Shown here piece after piece: positions 55,095 to 64,000 of a stretch of 64,000 nucleotides of DNA. The notes below the pieces were generated by a model. It saw only the letters and a list, made by a program, of their open reading frames with translations. It was not told where the DNA came from and did no database searches. This stretch comes from an uncultured Faecalibacterium sp. (GTDB taxonomy: Bacteria; Bacillota; Clostridia; Oscillospirales; Ruminococcaceae): contig CAZRGP010000009.1 of NCBI GenBank assembly GCA_964599695.1, positions 1,019 through 65,018 on the forward strand, given 5' to 3'. Each line of letters begins with the position of its first letter. The first letter of the stretch is position 1. The translations under genes were made by a program, and so were the position numbers.

Positions 55095-55130
55095 TGCGCC
55101 ACCTCCCTAAACTCTTATTTCCGGATGCGA

Positions 55131-55328
55131 TCAGTCTTTTCCTTCGACAGCCCTGTACTTATGGGCTCCGAACTCCTCGATCGCGAGGGTAACCGGCTTT
55201 TCCTCCAGTTTGGTCCCTTCCGCTTCTTCCTCACTGACGATATCCCTTGCTCTCTTGGCGATCGCGATCACCAGCGCGTAGGGGCTGTCGGTCTCTTCAA
55301 GAAGCTGTCCGATCTCAGGTCTCAGCAT
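55131..55328 (-). CDS. rpoZ: DNA-directed RNA polymerase subunit omega
   Basis: 65 aa. SPYALVIAIAKRARDI motif. Confidence 0.85.
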   Translation of the reverse strand: MLRPEIGQLLEETDSPYALVIAIAKRARDIVSEEEAEGTKLEEKPVTLAIEEFGAHKYRAVEGKD

Positions 55329-55930
55329 GTTTCTTCTCCTTCTGTTGTTATATCTTTATGCATTCTGGAGTCTATGATGGAGGATACTTCCCTCACACAG
55401 GTATCCAGATCGTCATTCACGATCCTATAGTCAAAATTGATGGAGTCTTCGATCTCCGCCATAGCGATCTCCATGCGCTCACCGATGTCATTGGTGTTGG
55501 TCACGCCTCTCGCCTCGATCCTCTCCCTCAGCGTCTCCATGGACGGGGGAAGCAGGAAGATCAGTGTGGCGTCGGGATAGGCCTCTTTGATGTTGTGCGC
55601 TCCGTGGACATCGATGACAAGGATCACCACCTTGTCCATCGCAAGCCCTCTCTCCATCTCTTTACGGGATGTTCCGTAATAATTGCCGGCATAGAAATTG
55701 TATTCAAGCATCAGACCGGTCTCGATCATCTCCTCGAACTGTTCTCTGGACAGGTAGTAATAATCTACCCCTTCCTTCTCCCCGTCACGCGGTCCCCTTG
55801 TCGTACAGGAAACAGAAAGAAATATATCATTCCGCAGGTACTTCAGGCACTTGATCACCGTATCTTTCCCGCATCCCGAAGGACCGGAAAGTACGAAAAG
55901 ATTGTTGACGGAGTTATTCATCATCGCCAT
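55322..55930 (-). CDS. gmk: Guanylate kinase
   Basis: [11 protein letters not shown]-loop and [17 protein letters not shown] motif. Confidence 0.9.
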   Translation of the reverse strand: MAMMNNSVNNLFVLSGPSGCGKDTVIKCLKYLRNDIFLSVSCTTRGPRDGEKEGVDYYYLSREQFEEMIETGLMLEYNFYAGNYYGTSRKEMERGLAMDKVVILVIDVHGAHNIKEAYPDATLIFLLPPSMETLRERIEARGVTNTNDIGERMEIAMAEIEDSINFDYRIVNDDLDTCVREVSSIIDSRMHKDITTEGEETC

Positions 55931-56165
55931 CCTCCATTCGTCCCGCTACAGTTTCCGGTGTTACGGCAGAAAGAATGACATGATCGGAATCCATCACGAT
56001 CACCGCTCTTGTCCTTCTTCCGTAGGTCGCATCGATGAGAAGGCCTTTTTCCCTGGCCTCTGTCACGATCCTCTTGACCGGTGCGGAATCCGGGCTGACA
56101 ACAGCGATCATCCGGTTCGCGGATACTACGTTACCAAAGCCGATGTTGATCAATTTCATGGTCAA
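55914..56165 (-). CDS. remA: RemA/YlzA (DUF370) regulator
   Basis: [30 protein letters not shown]...[25 protein letters not shown]. Confidence 0.8.
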   Translation of the reverse strand: MTMKLINIGFGNVVSANRMIAVVSPDSAPVKRIVTEAREKGLLIDATYGRRTRAVIVMDSDHVILSAVTPETVAGRMEDGDDE

Positions 56166-56173
56166 CTCCTCTA

Positions 56174-57052
56174 CTATTCAATATTCTGGATCTGCTCTCT
56201 GATCTTTTCTGTCTCGCTCTTCAAATCCACAACGTATCCAGTGATCTCGAGATCTGCACCCTTGGAACCGGTGGTGTTGATCTCTCGGTTGATCTCCTGC
56301 ACCAGGAAATCCAGTTTTCTTCCGACGGGTCCGCCCTCAGCGATGATATCGCGGAACTGTCCGATATGGGAGCGCAGCCGCACGGTCTCTTCATCCACGG
56401 CGGTGTGATCCGCATAGATGGCAGCTTCCTCGAGGATCCGCTTCTCATCGATATCGGATGCCTCCAGAACTTTGAGCATCTTATTGTACAGTTTTTCCTG
56501 ATAAGCTTCAAGGCGCGGCGCGGACTTGACCTCCACCTTTCCGACCAGTTCTTCAATATTGTTGAGCTTACTGAGAACGTCCTCCGCCATCTTCACGCCT
56601 TCTGCCTCGCGCATCTCATTGAAGCGGTCCGCAGCGTCAAGAAGAACGGTCTTCAGATCTGCCCATACCTGATCCTCATCCGGGACTTCCCTTGTAACGG
56701 TGAAGATCTCCGGAAAACGGGAAAGCGCCACAGCGTCGATCTTGCTGCTCGTTCCGAGAAGCTCATCGATCCTGTGCATGGCGTCCGCGTAGGATTTCGC
56801 CGCGTTGAGGTTGGGCTCAACCACGATATGCTCACCCAGAGGACGCACATAGGTGACGAAAACGTCCACTTTTCCTCTGGCGATCTTCTTCTGAAGTTCT
56901 GCCTTGATCTTGTCCTCGCAGTAGGAGAGAGCCCTAGGAAGTTTTACCGAAACATCCAGAAAACGGTTGTTCACCGCACGGATCTCTACCGTGATATCCG
57001 CCTCTCCCAGGCGCATCATGGAACGGCCGTAGCCGGTCATGCTTCTAATCAT
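56174..57052 (-). CDS. yicC: YicC-family stress-induced protein
   Basis: [11 protein letters not shown]-terminus and C-terminal DUF1732-type REINTTGSK / EQIQNIE motifs. Confidence 0.85.
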   Translation of the reverse strand: MIRSMTGYGRSMMRLGEADITVEIRAVNNRFLDVSVKLPRALSYCEDKIKAELQKKIARGKVDVFVTYVRPLGEHIVVEPNLNAAKSYADAMHRIDELLGTSSKIDAVALSRFPEIFTVTREVPDEDQVWADLKTVLLDAADRFNEMREAEGVKMAEDVLSKLNNIEELVGKVEVKSAPRLEAYQEKLYNKMLKVLEASDIDEKRILEEAAIYADHTAVDEETVRLRSHIGQFRDIIAEGGPVGRKLDFLVQEINREINTTGSKGADLEITGYVVDLKSETEKIREQIQNIE

Positions 57053-57148
57053 AAACGATTCTCCAAATCATACTTTGTCAATTAGTTATTTTACCTTACT
57101 TCAGGAATTGCGGTCAATAAAACAGGACCGCTGTCTGAGGATTTTCCG

Positions 57149-57185
57149 AAAAAAAAGGACCGTGCCCGGTCCCTTTTCCGTTTTT
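57149..57185. terminator. Terminator after the carboxyltransferase cluster
   Basis: A8-GGACCG-tgcc-CGGTCC-CTTTTCCGTTTTT; T tracts on both strands. Confidence 0.7.
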
Positions 57186-57186
57186 G

Positions 57187-58584
57187 TCATACGGGCATCA
57201 CTTTGGAGGCCTTATCGTAGTGGTCTCCGTCGATCCCCAGTTCCTTTTCGCGGCGTTTCTCGAAGAACTTCATCGCCACCTGCGGGAACTGCGCGTAGCT
57301 GAGAACGTCCTCATCGGACTTGGCATAGCTTGCGCATTCCTCACGCAGCTTGTCCATCTCGGGCTCCAGCAGATCTGCCGGTCTGCAGGTGATGGGCTCC
57401 TCGTCTCCGATGATCTGCTTGCGGAACTCCTCAGAGATCGGTACCGGTGTTGCGCCGTATTCGCCGCGGACCAGTCCCTTGAACTCCTTGGTGACCATCT
57501 TGTAGCGCTCGCCCATCATGACGTTGAGGGCAGCCTGTGTTCCGACGATCTGAGAGGAAGGAGTGACGAGCGGAGGATATCCGGCATCCTTGCGGACGCG
57601 CGGAACTTCCGCGAGAACCTCGTCGAGGAGGTCTTCCTTGCCGGCTTCCTTCAGCTGCTTGAGCAGGTTGGAGAGCATTCCGCCCGGAACCTGGTACAGC
57701 AGGGTGTTGGCATTAACACCGAGGACCTTGTGGCTCAGCTGGCCGTTGTCGACATATTTCTGACGGAGCTTCGCGAAATATTCGCGGACTTCGTTGAGCT
57801 TGAACAGATCGAGTCCGGTGTCATACTCGGTTCCCTGCAGAGCGGCGACGAGGGATTCGGTCGCCATGTGGGATGTTCCCATTGCGAGAGGAGAGATGAC
57901 GGTGTCGACGATGTCCGCGCCGGCTTCGATGCCCTTGAGGATGGACATGGAGGCGAGACCGGAGGTGTAGTGGGAGTGAATGTCCACGGGGATGCTGATG
58001 GTCTCTTTGAGTTTCTTCACCAGGTCGTATGTGGCATACGGGGTGAGAAGTCCGGCCATATCCTTGATGCACAGGGAATCCGCTCCCATGTTCTCCAGGG
58101 TCTTAGCATAATTCGCGAAGTAGTCATTGTTGTGTACAGGGCTGATCGTGTAGGCAATGCAGGCCTGGACATGAGCGCCTTCCTTCTTGGCCGCGTTGAT
58201 GGAAGCCTGGAGGTTTCTCGGGTCATTCAGCGCGTCGAAGATACGCATGATGTCGATTCCGTTGGCGACGATCTTCTGCACGAAGTAAGCCACCACGTCA
58301 TCCGCATAATGCCGGTATCCCAGCATGTTCTGTCCGCGGAAGAGCATCTGCATCTTGGTGTTGGGCATTTCCCTGCGGATCACACGAAGTCTTTCCCAGG
58401 GGTCTTCATCCAGAAAGCGGAGGCAGGAGTCAAAAGTGGCGCCGCCCCACATCTCTACGGCGTTGTATCCGATCTTGTCCATGGTGGAAAGGATCGGGAG
58501 CATCTCATCAAGCGTCATGCGGGTGGCGATCAGGGACTGATGCGCGTCGCGCAGGACGAGTTCATTAACCTTTACCTTAGCCAT
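57187..58584 (-). CDS. Carboxyltransferase 5S-type subunit (oxaloacetate decarboxylase alpha / pyruvate carboxylase subunit B-like, no biotin domain)
   Basis: LRDAHQSL and HSHYTSGLA HMGL-like TIM barrel motifs plus the conserved carboxylase C-domain. 465 aa. Confidence 0.8.
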   Translation of the reverse strand: MAKVKVNELVLRDAHQSLIATRMTLDEMLPILSTMDKIGYNAVEMWGGATFDSCLRFLDEDPWERLRVIRREMPNTKMQMLFRGQNMLGYRHYADDVVAYFVQKIVANGIDIMRIFDALNDPRNLQASINAAKKEGAHVQACIAYTISPVHNNDYFANYAKTLENMGADSLCIKDMAGLLTPYATYDLVKKLKETISIPVDIHSHYTSGLASMSILKGIEAGADIVDTVISPLAMGTSHMATESLVAALQGTEYDTGLDLFKLNEVREYFAKLRQKYVDNGQLSHKVLGVNANTLLYQVPGGMLSNLLKQLKEAGKEDLLDEVLAEVPRVRKDAGYPPLVTPSSQIVGTQAALNVMMGERYKMVTKEFKGLVRGEYGATPVPISEEFRKQIIGDEEPITCRPADLLEPEMDKLREECASYAKSDEDVLSYAQFPQVAMKFFEKRREKELGIDGDHYDKASKVMPV

Positions 58585-58597
58585 TCAACTGCCTCCA

Positions 58598-58999
58598 TTA
58601 ACCGAGGACGACAAGTGTGTCACCGGCATTGACCATCTCGCCTTTGGTAACACCGATCGCGAGAACCGTTCCGGCGCTTTCCGCGACGATGTCGTTCTCC
58701 ATCTTCATGGACTCGAGAACGATCAGTTTGTCTCCGGCTGCTACGGTCTGGCCGACGGTTACGCAGACATCAACGATGCTGCCGGGCATCGGGGCGCCGA
58801 CCTTCTTGCCGTTTTCCGGAAGAGCTGCAGGTGCTGCGGGAGCCGCTGCCGGAGCTGCTGCGGGAGCTGCTGCCGGTGCCGGTGCTGCTGCAGGAGCCGC
58901 GGGCGCTGCAGAAGCTGCAAACGCGGGGGCGGAACTGCCGGTCTCTTCTACTGCTACATCATAGGTAACACCGTTCACGGTGATTTTGAACTGTTTCAT
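58598..58999 (-). CDS. Biotin carboxyl carrier protein (1.3S-type)
   Basis: Ala/Pro linker then the LESMKMEN biotinyl-lysine motif. Confidence 0.85.
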   Translation of the reverse strand: MKQFKITVNGVTYDVAVEETGSSAPAFAASAAPAAPAAAPAPAAAPAAAPAAAPAAPAALPENGKKVGAPMPGSIVDVCVTVGQTVAAGDKLIVLESMKMENDIVAESAGTVLAIGVTKGEMVNAGDTLVVLG

Positions 59000-59020
59000 T
59001 GTTTCCGATCTCCTTTATCA

Positions 59021-60334
59021 TCAATAAGGCAGGATGCCATGTTTTTTCGAAAGTGTGCTTACGCGTTTGGACGCGAGCATGTCGAGTGTCTCGACCAGGA
59101 CTCCGCGGGTCTCGCTGTCCTTGATCACACGGTCGACAAGTCCGGCTTCCATCGCCTTGACTGCGTTCGCCTCGGTCTTCTCATACTCCGCTGCGAGGCG
59201 GTCAATATCGGAATCCTTCTCGATCCTGTCCTCCCAGAAGATGCCGACTGCGGTCTTTGCGGGAACTGCGCTGACAACGGCGTTTTCCCATGCATAGACC
59301 ATGTCGTTTCCGGCATTCTTTCCGCAAAGTACGGAATAGACCGAACCGATAGCCTTTCCGTAGATCACGCACACCTTGGGTGTGGTGGCCTCGGAGAGCG
59401 CATGAGACAGAAGAGCAGCATTGCGGATGCCGCCGTTCATATCGTTCTCGGTTGACTGGAGGAATCCCTCGCTGTTCACATAGGTGACCACGGGGATGGA
59501 ATATGCGTCACAGAACTGAACCAGTCTTGCGATCTTCTCGCTGTCGCCCTTGCAGAGGCGGCCTTCGGCCTTGACGACGCCGACAACGCTTCCTGCCATG
59601 GTGGCGAGAAGAGTCTTCGCGCTGCTGCCTACACCGGCAAACAGCTGGATCTTGCTGTCCACGTCCACGGTCTTGCAGACCGGGCATCCGGGAGCATCCG
59701 GAGCGGGAGCTTCAAAATCAACGACCGGTGCGGACGCAAGGTTGTTGAGCGGAAGGATAGCGAGAAGCTGACGGGCTTTTCCGAGCAGAGCCTCTTCGCC
59801 CTCGCAAACGATAGCGGCAAGTCCGGACTTTTTCGCACACTCGCTGCTGCCGGCGCCTTCCTTCGCTTCACTGTCAACAAAAGGAGCTGTAAGGAACAGT
59901 TCCGCGTTCTTCTCCATCAGGCAGAGATCCGCCATATCCGCGCACATCGCTGCGAATCCGCCGCAGGTACCTGCGACGACGGAGATCTGGGGAACTACGC
60001 CGGAAAGGCGGGAGATATGTCCCAGAAGCCTGGAGCATGTGTCGAGCGTGGCAAGACCGCCCTCGAGCTGGACACCCTGACTGTCATAGATGGAGACCAC
60101 AGGAGAACCTGTCTTCTCCGCCAGAGTGAATACTTTTTCCAATTTCTTCGCAGAAGCTGCGCCGAATCCTGCGCTCTCCCCTTCTGCATAGGCATACACT
60201 GTTGCGCCGCAGACACTTCCGTAGCCGATCCTTGCACCGCTGGCATCGTCCTTGTCCAGCTCGGTGTAGGCACCATCGTCAAACAGAAGGCTCAGGCGGG
60301 CTTCAGCATTCAATTTGTTCTTTTTCTCAGCCAT
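59021..60334 (-). CDS. Acyl-CoA carboxyltransferase subunit (12S / methylmalonyl-CoA decarboxylase alpha-like), short form
   Basis: Crotonase-type carboxyl transferase N and C halves recognisable (GGARIQEG-like region degenerate). 437 aa. Confidence 0.65.
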   Translation of the reverse strand: MAEKKNKLNAEARLSLLFDDGAYTELDKDDASGARIGYGSVCGATVYAYAEGESAGFGAASAKKLEKVFTLAEKTGSPVVSIYDSQGVQLEGGLATLDTCSRLLGHISRLSGVVPQISVVAGTCGGFAAMCADMADLCLMEKNAELFLTAPFVDSEAKEGAGSSECAKKSGLAAIVCEGEEALLGKARQLLAILPLNNLASAPVVDFEAPAPDAPGCPVCKTVDVDSKIQLFAGVGSSAKTLLATMAGSVVGVVKAEGRLCKGDSEKIARLVQFCDAYSIPVVTYVNSEGFLQSTENDMNGGIRNAALLSHALSEATTPKVCVIYGKAIGSVYSVLCGKNAGNDMVYAWENAVVSAVPAKTAVGIFWEDRIEKDSDIDRLAAEYEKTEANAVKAMEAGLVDRVIKDSETRGVLVETLDMLASKRVSTLSKKHGILPY

Positions 60335-60415
60335 TAAAACCGTATCCTAAACCCTTTCGTGAATAATAAGCCAAATCACAGACATGATACTATAATTGGA
60401 AAATCTTTACAACCG

Positions 60416-60441
60416 AAAACACCGCCCATGGGCGGTGTTTT
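60416..60441. terminator. Palindromic terminator after rluB
   Basis: AAAACACCGCCCATGGGCGGTGTTTT, a perfect 26-nt palindrome. Confidence 0.7.
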
Positions 60442-60564
60442 GTCAAACTTTTTTATTAATAAGAGCGTTTGCGTCACGGTGTGAGCACACAATCCGAAAG
60501 AATCATGGATCCAGGATAGGACGGTTTGCTCCCCGCCAGCTCCGGCACAAGGTAGACTCCTTGC

Positions 60565-61335
60565 TTATTTCCCGCTCTTCTTCGCGGTCGCTCCTCTTCT
60601 GAGGGCCGCGATCTCGCCGGCCGCTAGCTTCCGGTATTCCCCTGCCTTGAGGGATCCGAGTTTCAACGGGCCGATTGCCGTCCTCTTCAGTCTGGTGACC
60701 GAAAGGCCCACCGCTTCGCACATCCTGCGGATCTCCCGGTTGTGTCCCTCGGACAGCACGATCTCCATGGTACCCTTTTCGGTCCCGGTTACTCCGGTGA
60801 CACGCACCTTTGCCGGCAGGGTGATGTGACCGTCATCCAGTTTCACACCCGTAGCGAGGGCGATGAGCTGCTCCTCCTCCGGAGCAGGCGTCACACTGAC
60901 CCGATAGGTCTTGGTGATCCCGCCGGACGGATGGGTGAGCAGATTGGTGAACTCCCCGTCATTGGTCATGATGAGCAGTCCTTCGGAGTCCTTATCCAGT
61001 CTACCCACGGGATAGAGCCTGGCATCCACATCGGTGAACAGATCCGCCACCGTCTTTTCCGCGTGCTCATCCTTCAGGGTAGTGACATAGCCCCTGGGTT
61101 TATTGAGGGCATAGTAATATTTCTCCACATTCTTCTCCAGGTAAACCCGTTTCCCGTCGATGTGGAGCACGTCCTTGCGCACGTCGATCTTGGCACCGAG
61201 TTCCGCCCGGTGGCCGTTGACTGCGACCCTTCCCTCCTCGATCAGGCGGTCCGCCTCACGTCTGGAGCAAAGTCCCTGCGCAGATAAAACTTTCTGAATT
61301 CTCTCTTCCATTTCAAAACAAAAAGACCGTTTCAT
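60565..61335 (-). CDS. rluB: Pseudouridine synthase, RsuA/RluB family
   Basis: S4 domain (RIQKVLSAQGLCSRREADRLI) plus the GRLDKDSEGLLIMTNDG catalytic motif. Start may be the MEERIQ at 61311. Confidence 0.85.
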   Translation of the reverse strand: MKRSFCFEMEERIQKVLSAQGLCSRREADRLIEEGRVAVNGHRAELGAKIDVRKDVLHIDGKRVYLEKNVEKYYYALNKPRGYVTTLKDEHAEKTVADLFTDVDARLYPVGRLDKDSEGLLIMTNDGEFTNLLTHPSGGITKTYRVSVTPAPEEEQLIALATGVKLDDGHITLPAKVRVTGVTGTEKGTMEIVLSEGHNREIRRMCEAVGLSVTRLKRTAIGPLKLGSLKAGEYRKLAAGEIAALRRGATAKKSGK

Positions 61336-61356
61336 TCCGGGAAACGGTCTGTGACC

Positions 61357-61734
61357 TCATTCTGATTTCTTCTTTCCCGTAAGTTCCGAGATCTTGTCGA
61401 GGATCTCCGGGATCGACCGCACCATGTTGTCCGCCGTACTTCCGATGGTATCGAGCTGCATGACCTTCACGGAATCCCCGGAAGTCACGAGGAACGCGAT
61501 GGGAGTGATGGTCACTCCGCCGCCGGTACCGCCGCCGAACATATCCGCCTGTTTGGAGCTGGGCAGATCCGAACCACCGGACGCGAATCCGAAAGATACC
61601 TTGCTGACGGGCACCGCGGTGGCGCCGTTGGGCATGGTGATGGGCTCTCCGATGACCGTTCCGGAATCCGTAAGACCGCGGATCTTGTCCAGAGCCACTT
61701 CTGTCAATAAATTAAGACCACGTTCCGTAGACAT
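61357..61734 (-). CDS. ytfJ: Sporulation protein YtfJ/GerW
   Basis: FGGGTGGGVTITPIAFLV motif, 125 aa. Confidence 0.85.
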   Translation of the reverse strand: MSTERGLNLLTEVALDKIRGLTDSGTVIGEPITMPNGATAVPVSKVSFGFASGGSDLPSSKQADMFGGGTGGGVTITPIAFLVTSGDSVKVMQLDTIGSTADNMVRSIPEILDKISELTGKKKSE

Positions 61735-61735
61735 A

Positions 61736-62545
61736 TCATTTCTCCCTGTTGAATAATCGTTCTTTCAGATATAAAACGCCGAAATACAGTGCGATCAGCA
61801 CTATTATAATCGGTCTCGCCGAGACTTCGCAACCAATTCTTTCGTCTGCTCCGGCCTTGGGATCAAAGCAGGGCATGACGGTGATCTCCTTGTAGGTAAG
61901 GTTCTTTCCGAACAGCAGCGCCAGGGTCTTCATGACGTCCCCGATGACCATCCAGGCAAGTCCGCTGAGCATGCCCACTCTCGCCGCATCGTCGCTTCGC
62001 ACGTTCCATACGATCTCCATATCATCCATGTGGATGTGGTGGAACAGAGCGACCAGTGTCCTGGTCGCCGGTGTCACGAAAGGCCGGATCTTCTTCCAGA
62101 GAGCTGCGATGCCGCCCTCTTCCCCGTCTTCCTGCTCCTCATCGTCCTCCGGCTCCTCTTCCTCTTCCCCGTCGTCTTCATTTTCTGTGACCGCCGGCGG
62201 TTCCGGAACCGTTTCCTCCGTTTTCTCCCAAAGGGGCTCCTCCGTCTGATGGTCGGCAGGTTTCTCCTGAGCGAACTGGGGCTCCTCAAAGGCGATGTGG
62301 TGCTCGTCCTCCGCAAGGAGATCCTCCTCATCCGCGGACTCTTCCTTCTTCTCTTCCGGAGCCTTCTCTTCCTCCGGGATCCCGATGTGATACTTCACAA
62401 AGAGGTATTTCAGATCGACCGAGAGCTTTCCTTTCCGGAAAAGCACCTTCGCTGACGCAGGAAAACAAAGCAGCACCAGCAACACAGCAAGCACCGCCAG
62501 GATCACATACCCTATGATCTTGAGGATCGTCAGCAAAATGCTCAA
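61736..62545 (-). CDS. DUF2953 (YtfI-like) sporulation membrane protein with a long acidic insert
   Basis: N-terminal TM segment, E/D-rich low-complexity middle, C-terminal TM segment. Adjacent to ytfJ, as in Bacillus. Confidence 0.65.
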   Translation of the reverse strand: MSILLTILKIIGYVILAVLAVLLVLLCFPASAKVLFRKGKLSVDLKYLFVKYHIGIPEEEKAPEEKKEESADEEDLLAEDEHHIAFEEPQFAQEKPADHQTEEPLWEKTEETVPEPPAVTENEDDGEEEEEPEDDEEQEDGEEGGIAALWKKIRPFVTPATRTLVALFHHIHMDDMEIVWNVRSDDAARVGMLSGLAWMVIGDVMKTLALLFGKNLTYKEITVMPCFDPKAGADERIGCEVSARPIIIVLIALYFGVLYLKERLFNREK

Positions 62546-62546
62546 A

Positions 62547-63116
62547 TTATTCCTCTTCCTCCTCGCTGTCCTCCCCGGAGAGGATATCCTTCTCTTCGGT
62601 GATCAGAGTCTCGGCATGGACGGGCGGGAGATCCTCCAGCGACTGCATGTCGAAACAGCGAAGGAAATTGTCTGTTGTGGTAAAACTGATGGGACGTCCG
62701 GGAAGGTCCAGTCTTCCCGCCTCCTCCACCAGATTCTTGGAGATCAGCGTGGAAAGAGCGGAGCTACTGTCCACCCCGCGGATCTCATCGATAAACGCGC
62801 GGGACACAGGCTGATTGTAGGCGATGATGGCAAGGACCTCCATGGCTGCCTGGGACAGAGGACTGTTCCTGCGGTTGTCCAGCGCCCGGACCACGTAGTC
62901 CGAGTATTTGGGGCGGGTGGAAAGCTGATAGCGGTCCTCAAAGCGGAGCAGGCAGATGCCGGCGTCCCTCGCATCCAGCTCGCTTCCGAGCCGGTCCAGG
63001 ATCGCCTTGGTCTCCTCTTCGGAGAGCTCCATGATCTCGCTGATCTTCCCGACCGAGATCGGTTCCGCCACAGCGAACAGGATAGCCTCTACCGCGGATA
63101 CTGACATATCATTCAT
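62547..63116 (-). CDS. scpB: Segregation and condensation protein B
   Basis: VEAILFAVAEPISV ... SQAAMEVLAIIAYNQPVSRAFIDEIRG. Confidence 0.9.
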   Translation of the reverse strand: MNDMSVSAVEAILFAVAEPISVGKISEIMELSEEETKAILDRLGSELDARDAGICLLRFEDRYQLSTRPKYSDYVVRALDNRRNSPLSQAAMEVLAIIAYNQPVSRAFIDEIRGVDSSSALSTLISKNLVEEAGRLDLPGRPISFTTTDNFLRCFDMQSLEDLPPVHAETLITEEKDILSGEDSEEEEE

Positions 63117-63822
63117 CGTTGCTTTCCTCTTTTCCTTTGTTGGTCACCATACCGTCGTCGTCCACCATGATCCTTCCGTTGCGGATCAGCTCCAGGATCC
63201 CCAGGAAGGTTGCCACCGTCTCGCTGCGGCTGGCGCTGTTCTTGAAGAAATCCCGGATGTGGATCCCGTTCCGGATCCTCAGGGAACCCAGGATATGGAT
63301 GACCCTGCTCTCAACGGATACGATCGGTGAGGAGACCAGAGGCTCGAACCGCTCCACATCGCTGAACTGTCTGTTTCGCCCCTGGATCGCCTTGAAGGCC
63401 TCGAGGAGCACAGCCGGATCGTGCTTGCGGTTGTAGTCCTTGGGGAGTTTGATCCGCATGGGTTCACGTACAAAGAAGTTGATGCCTTCGGACCGGTCCC
63501 TCAGCCGCTCCGCGGCCAGTTTGCACAGGGAATACTCGATCAGGCGCCCGGTGAGTTCCCTCTCCAGTTCCTCCTTCTCCTCCGAGCGGGGAAGCAGTGC
63601 CACCGATTTCATGTATACCAGACGGGCCGCCATCTCAACGAACTCGCTGGTGGGTTCCAGCTGATCCGGACCGATCTCTCCGATGAAGGAGAGATACTGG
63701 TCTATGAGCTGATAAATCTGTATATCAAAAAGTTGCATCTTATGCTTGGCGATAAGGTGCAACAGCAGATCGAGCGGTCCCTCGAAATCATTGATCTTGT
63801 AGGTAATTTCGGCCAAAATCAC
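63109..63822 (-). CDS. scpA: Segregation and condensation protein A
   Basis: FEGPLDLLLHLI kleisin N-terminus, 237 aa. Confidence 0.9.
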   Translation of the reverse strand: MILAEITYKINDFEGPLDLLLHLIAKHKMQLFDIQIYQLIDQYLSFIGEIGPDQLEPTSEFVEMAARLVYMKSVALLPRSEEKEELERELTGRLIEYSLCKLAAERLRDRSEGINFFVREPMRIKLPKDYNRKHDPAVLLEAFKAIQGRNRQFSDVERFEPLVSSPIVSVESRVIHILGSLRIRNGIHIRDFFKNSASRSETVATFLGILELIRNGRIMVDDDGMVTNKGKEESNDE

Positions 63823-63906
63823 TCCGCCTGTTTACTTCTCGTTGAATTTGTGTTTTCATTATATCCACCGTATTTTAAAAAAACAACCAAACTTGCGAAA
63901 AAGCAC

Positions 63907-63935
63907 TTGCATTTTAAAAACGGATTTGTTAAGAT
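63907..63935 (+). promoter_or_regulatory. Candidate promoter (TTGCAT-17nt-TAAGAT) for rpmB
   Basis: Hexamers read directly, about 40 nt upstream of the RBS. Confidence 0.4.
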
Positions 63936-63974
63936 AATCGTCGTGACAATTATACCTAGAAGGAGGTGCAGCAG

Positions 63975-64000
63975 ATGGCAAAATGTGAAATTTGCGGAAA
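63975..64000 (+). CDS. rpmB: 50S ribosomal protein L28, first 8 codons only (runs off the window)
   Basis: AGGAGG RBS then MAKCEICG, a typical L28 N-terminus. Confidence 0.55.

Noticed and set aside
61990-62360. Highly acidic E/D-rich stretch with overlapping ORFs in several frames.
   Set aside because: It lies within the DUF2953/YtfI-like gene. This is a low-complexity acidic insert, and the other frames are shadows.

Overview
The window looks like a chromosomal segment of a spore-forming Firmicute of Clostridia type. The phylum call rests on gene content (ytfI/ytfJ, remA, sepF-divIVA, PASTA kinase); I cannot name a species. Almost all genes lie on the minus strand in conserved housekeeping blocks:
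- rluD-lspA-ileS-divIVA-sepF.
- A complete dcw cluster: mraZ, rsmH, ftsL, PBP, murE, murF, mraY, ftsW, murG, ftsQ, ftsZ.
- coaD-rsmD-uvrC-ptsH.
- trmD-rimM-KH-rpsP-ffh-ylxM.
- rsgA-prkC-stp-rlmN-rsmB-fmt-def-priA-rpoZ-gmk-remA-yicC.
- A three-gene biotin carboxyltransferase cluster.
- rluB-ytfJ-ytfI-scpB-scpA.

The one clearly accessory region is a ~7.7 kb integrase element (10468..18176). It sits in the 3' end of tRNA-Pro(CGG) and is bounded by a perfect 23-bp direct repeat. It has no capsid, tail, lysis or replication genes; the only packaging gene is a truncated terminase. It does keep an intact integrase, an XRE repressor with a textbook divergent promoter/operator switch, and a tightly coupled ~4 kb leftward operon.

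That operon encodes a clear R-S-E type ADP-ribosyltransferase, a second possibly ART/PARP-like protein, a basic toxin-like / acidic immunity-like pair, a YjcQ-like protein, and two paralogous Lys-rich micro-ORFs with repeated cassette junctions. I consider this repressor-gated toxin operon in a dead prophage the best candidate for an undescribed system, either defence/abortive infection or addiction. All functional claims there are inference from motifs read by eye.

Lesser curiosities:
- A 1140-aa DivIVA-like coiled-coil protein next to ftsZ.
- An AT-rich Cys-rich C-terminal extension on the PASTA kinase.
- A Cof-type HAD protein that lacks the nucleophilic Asp.
- A tRNA-Gln with an A1-U72 pair.
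- Repeat motifs in the mraZ leader.
- ileS without room for a T-box leader.
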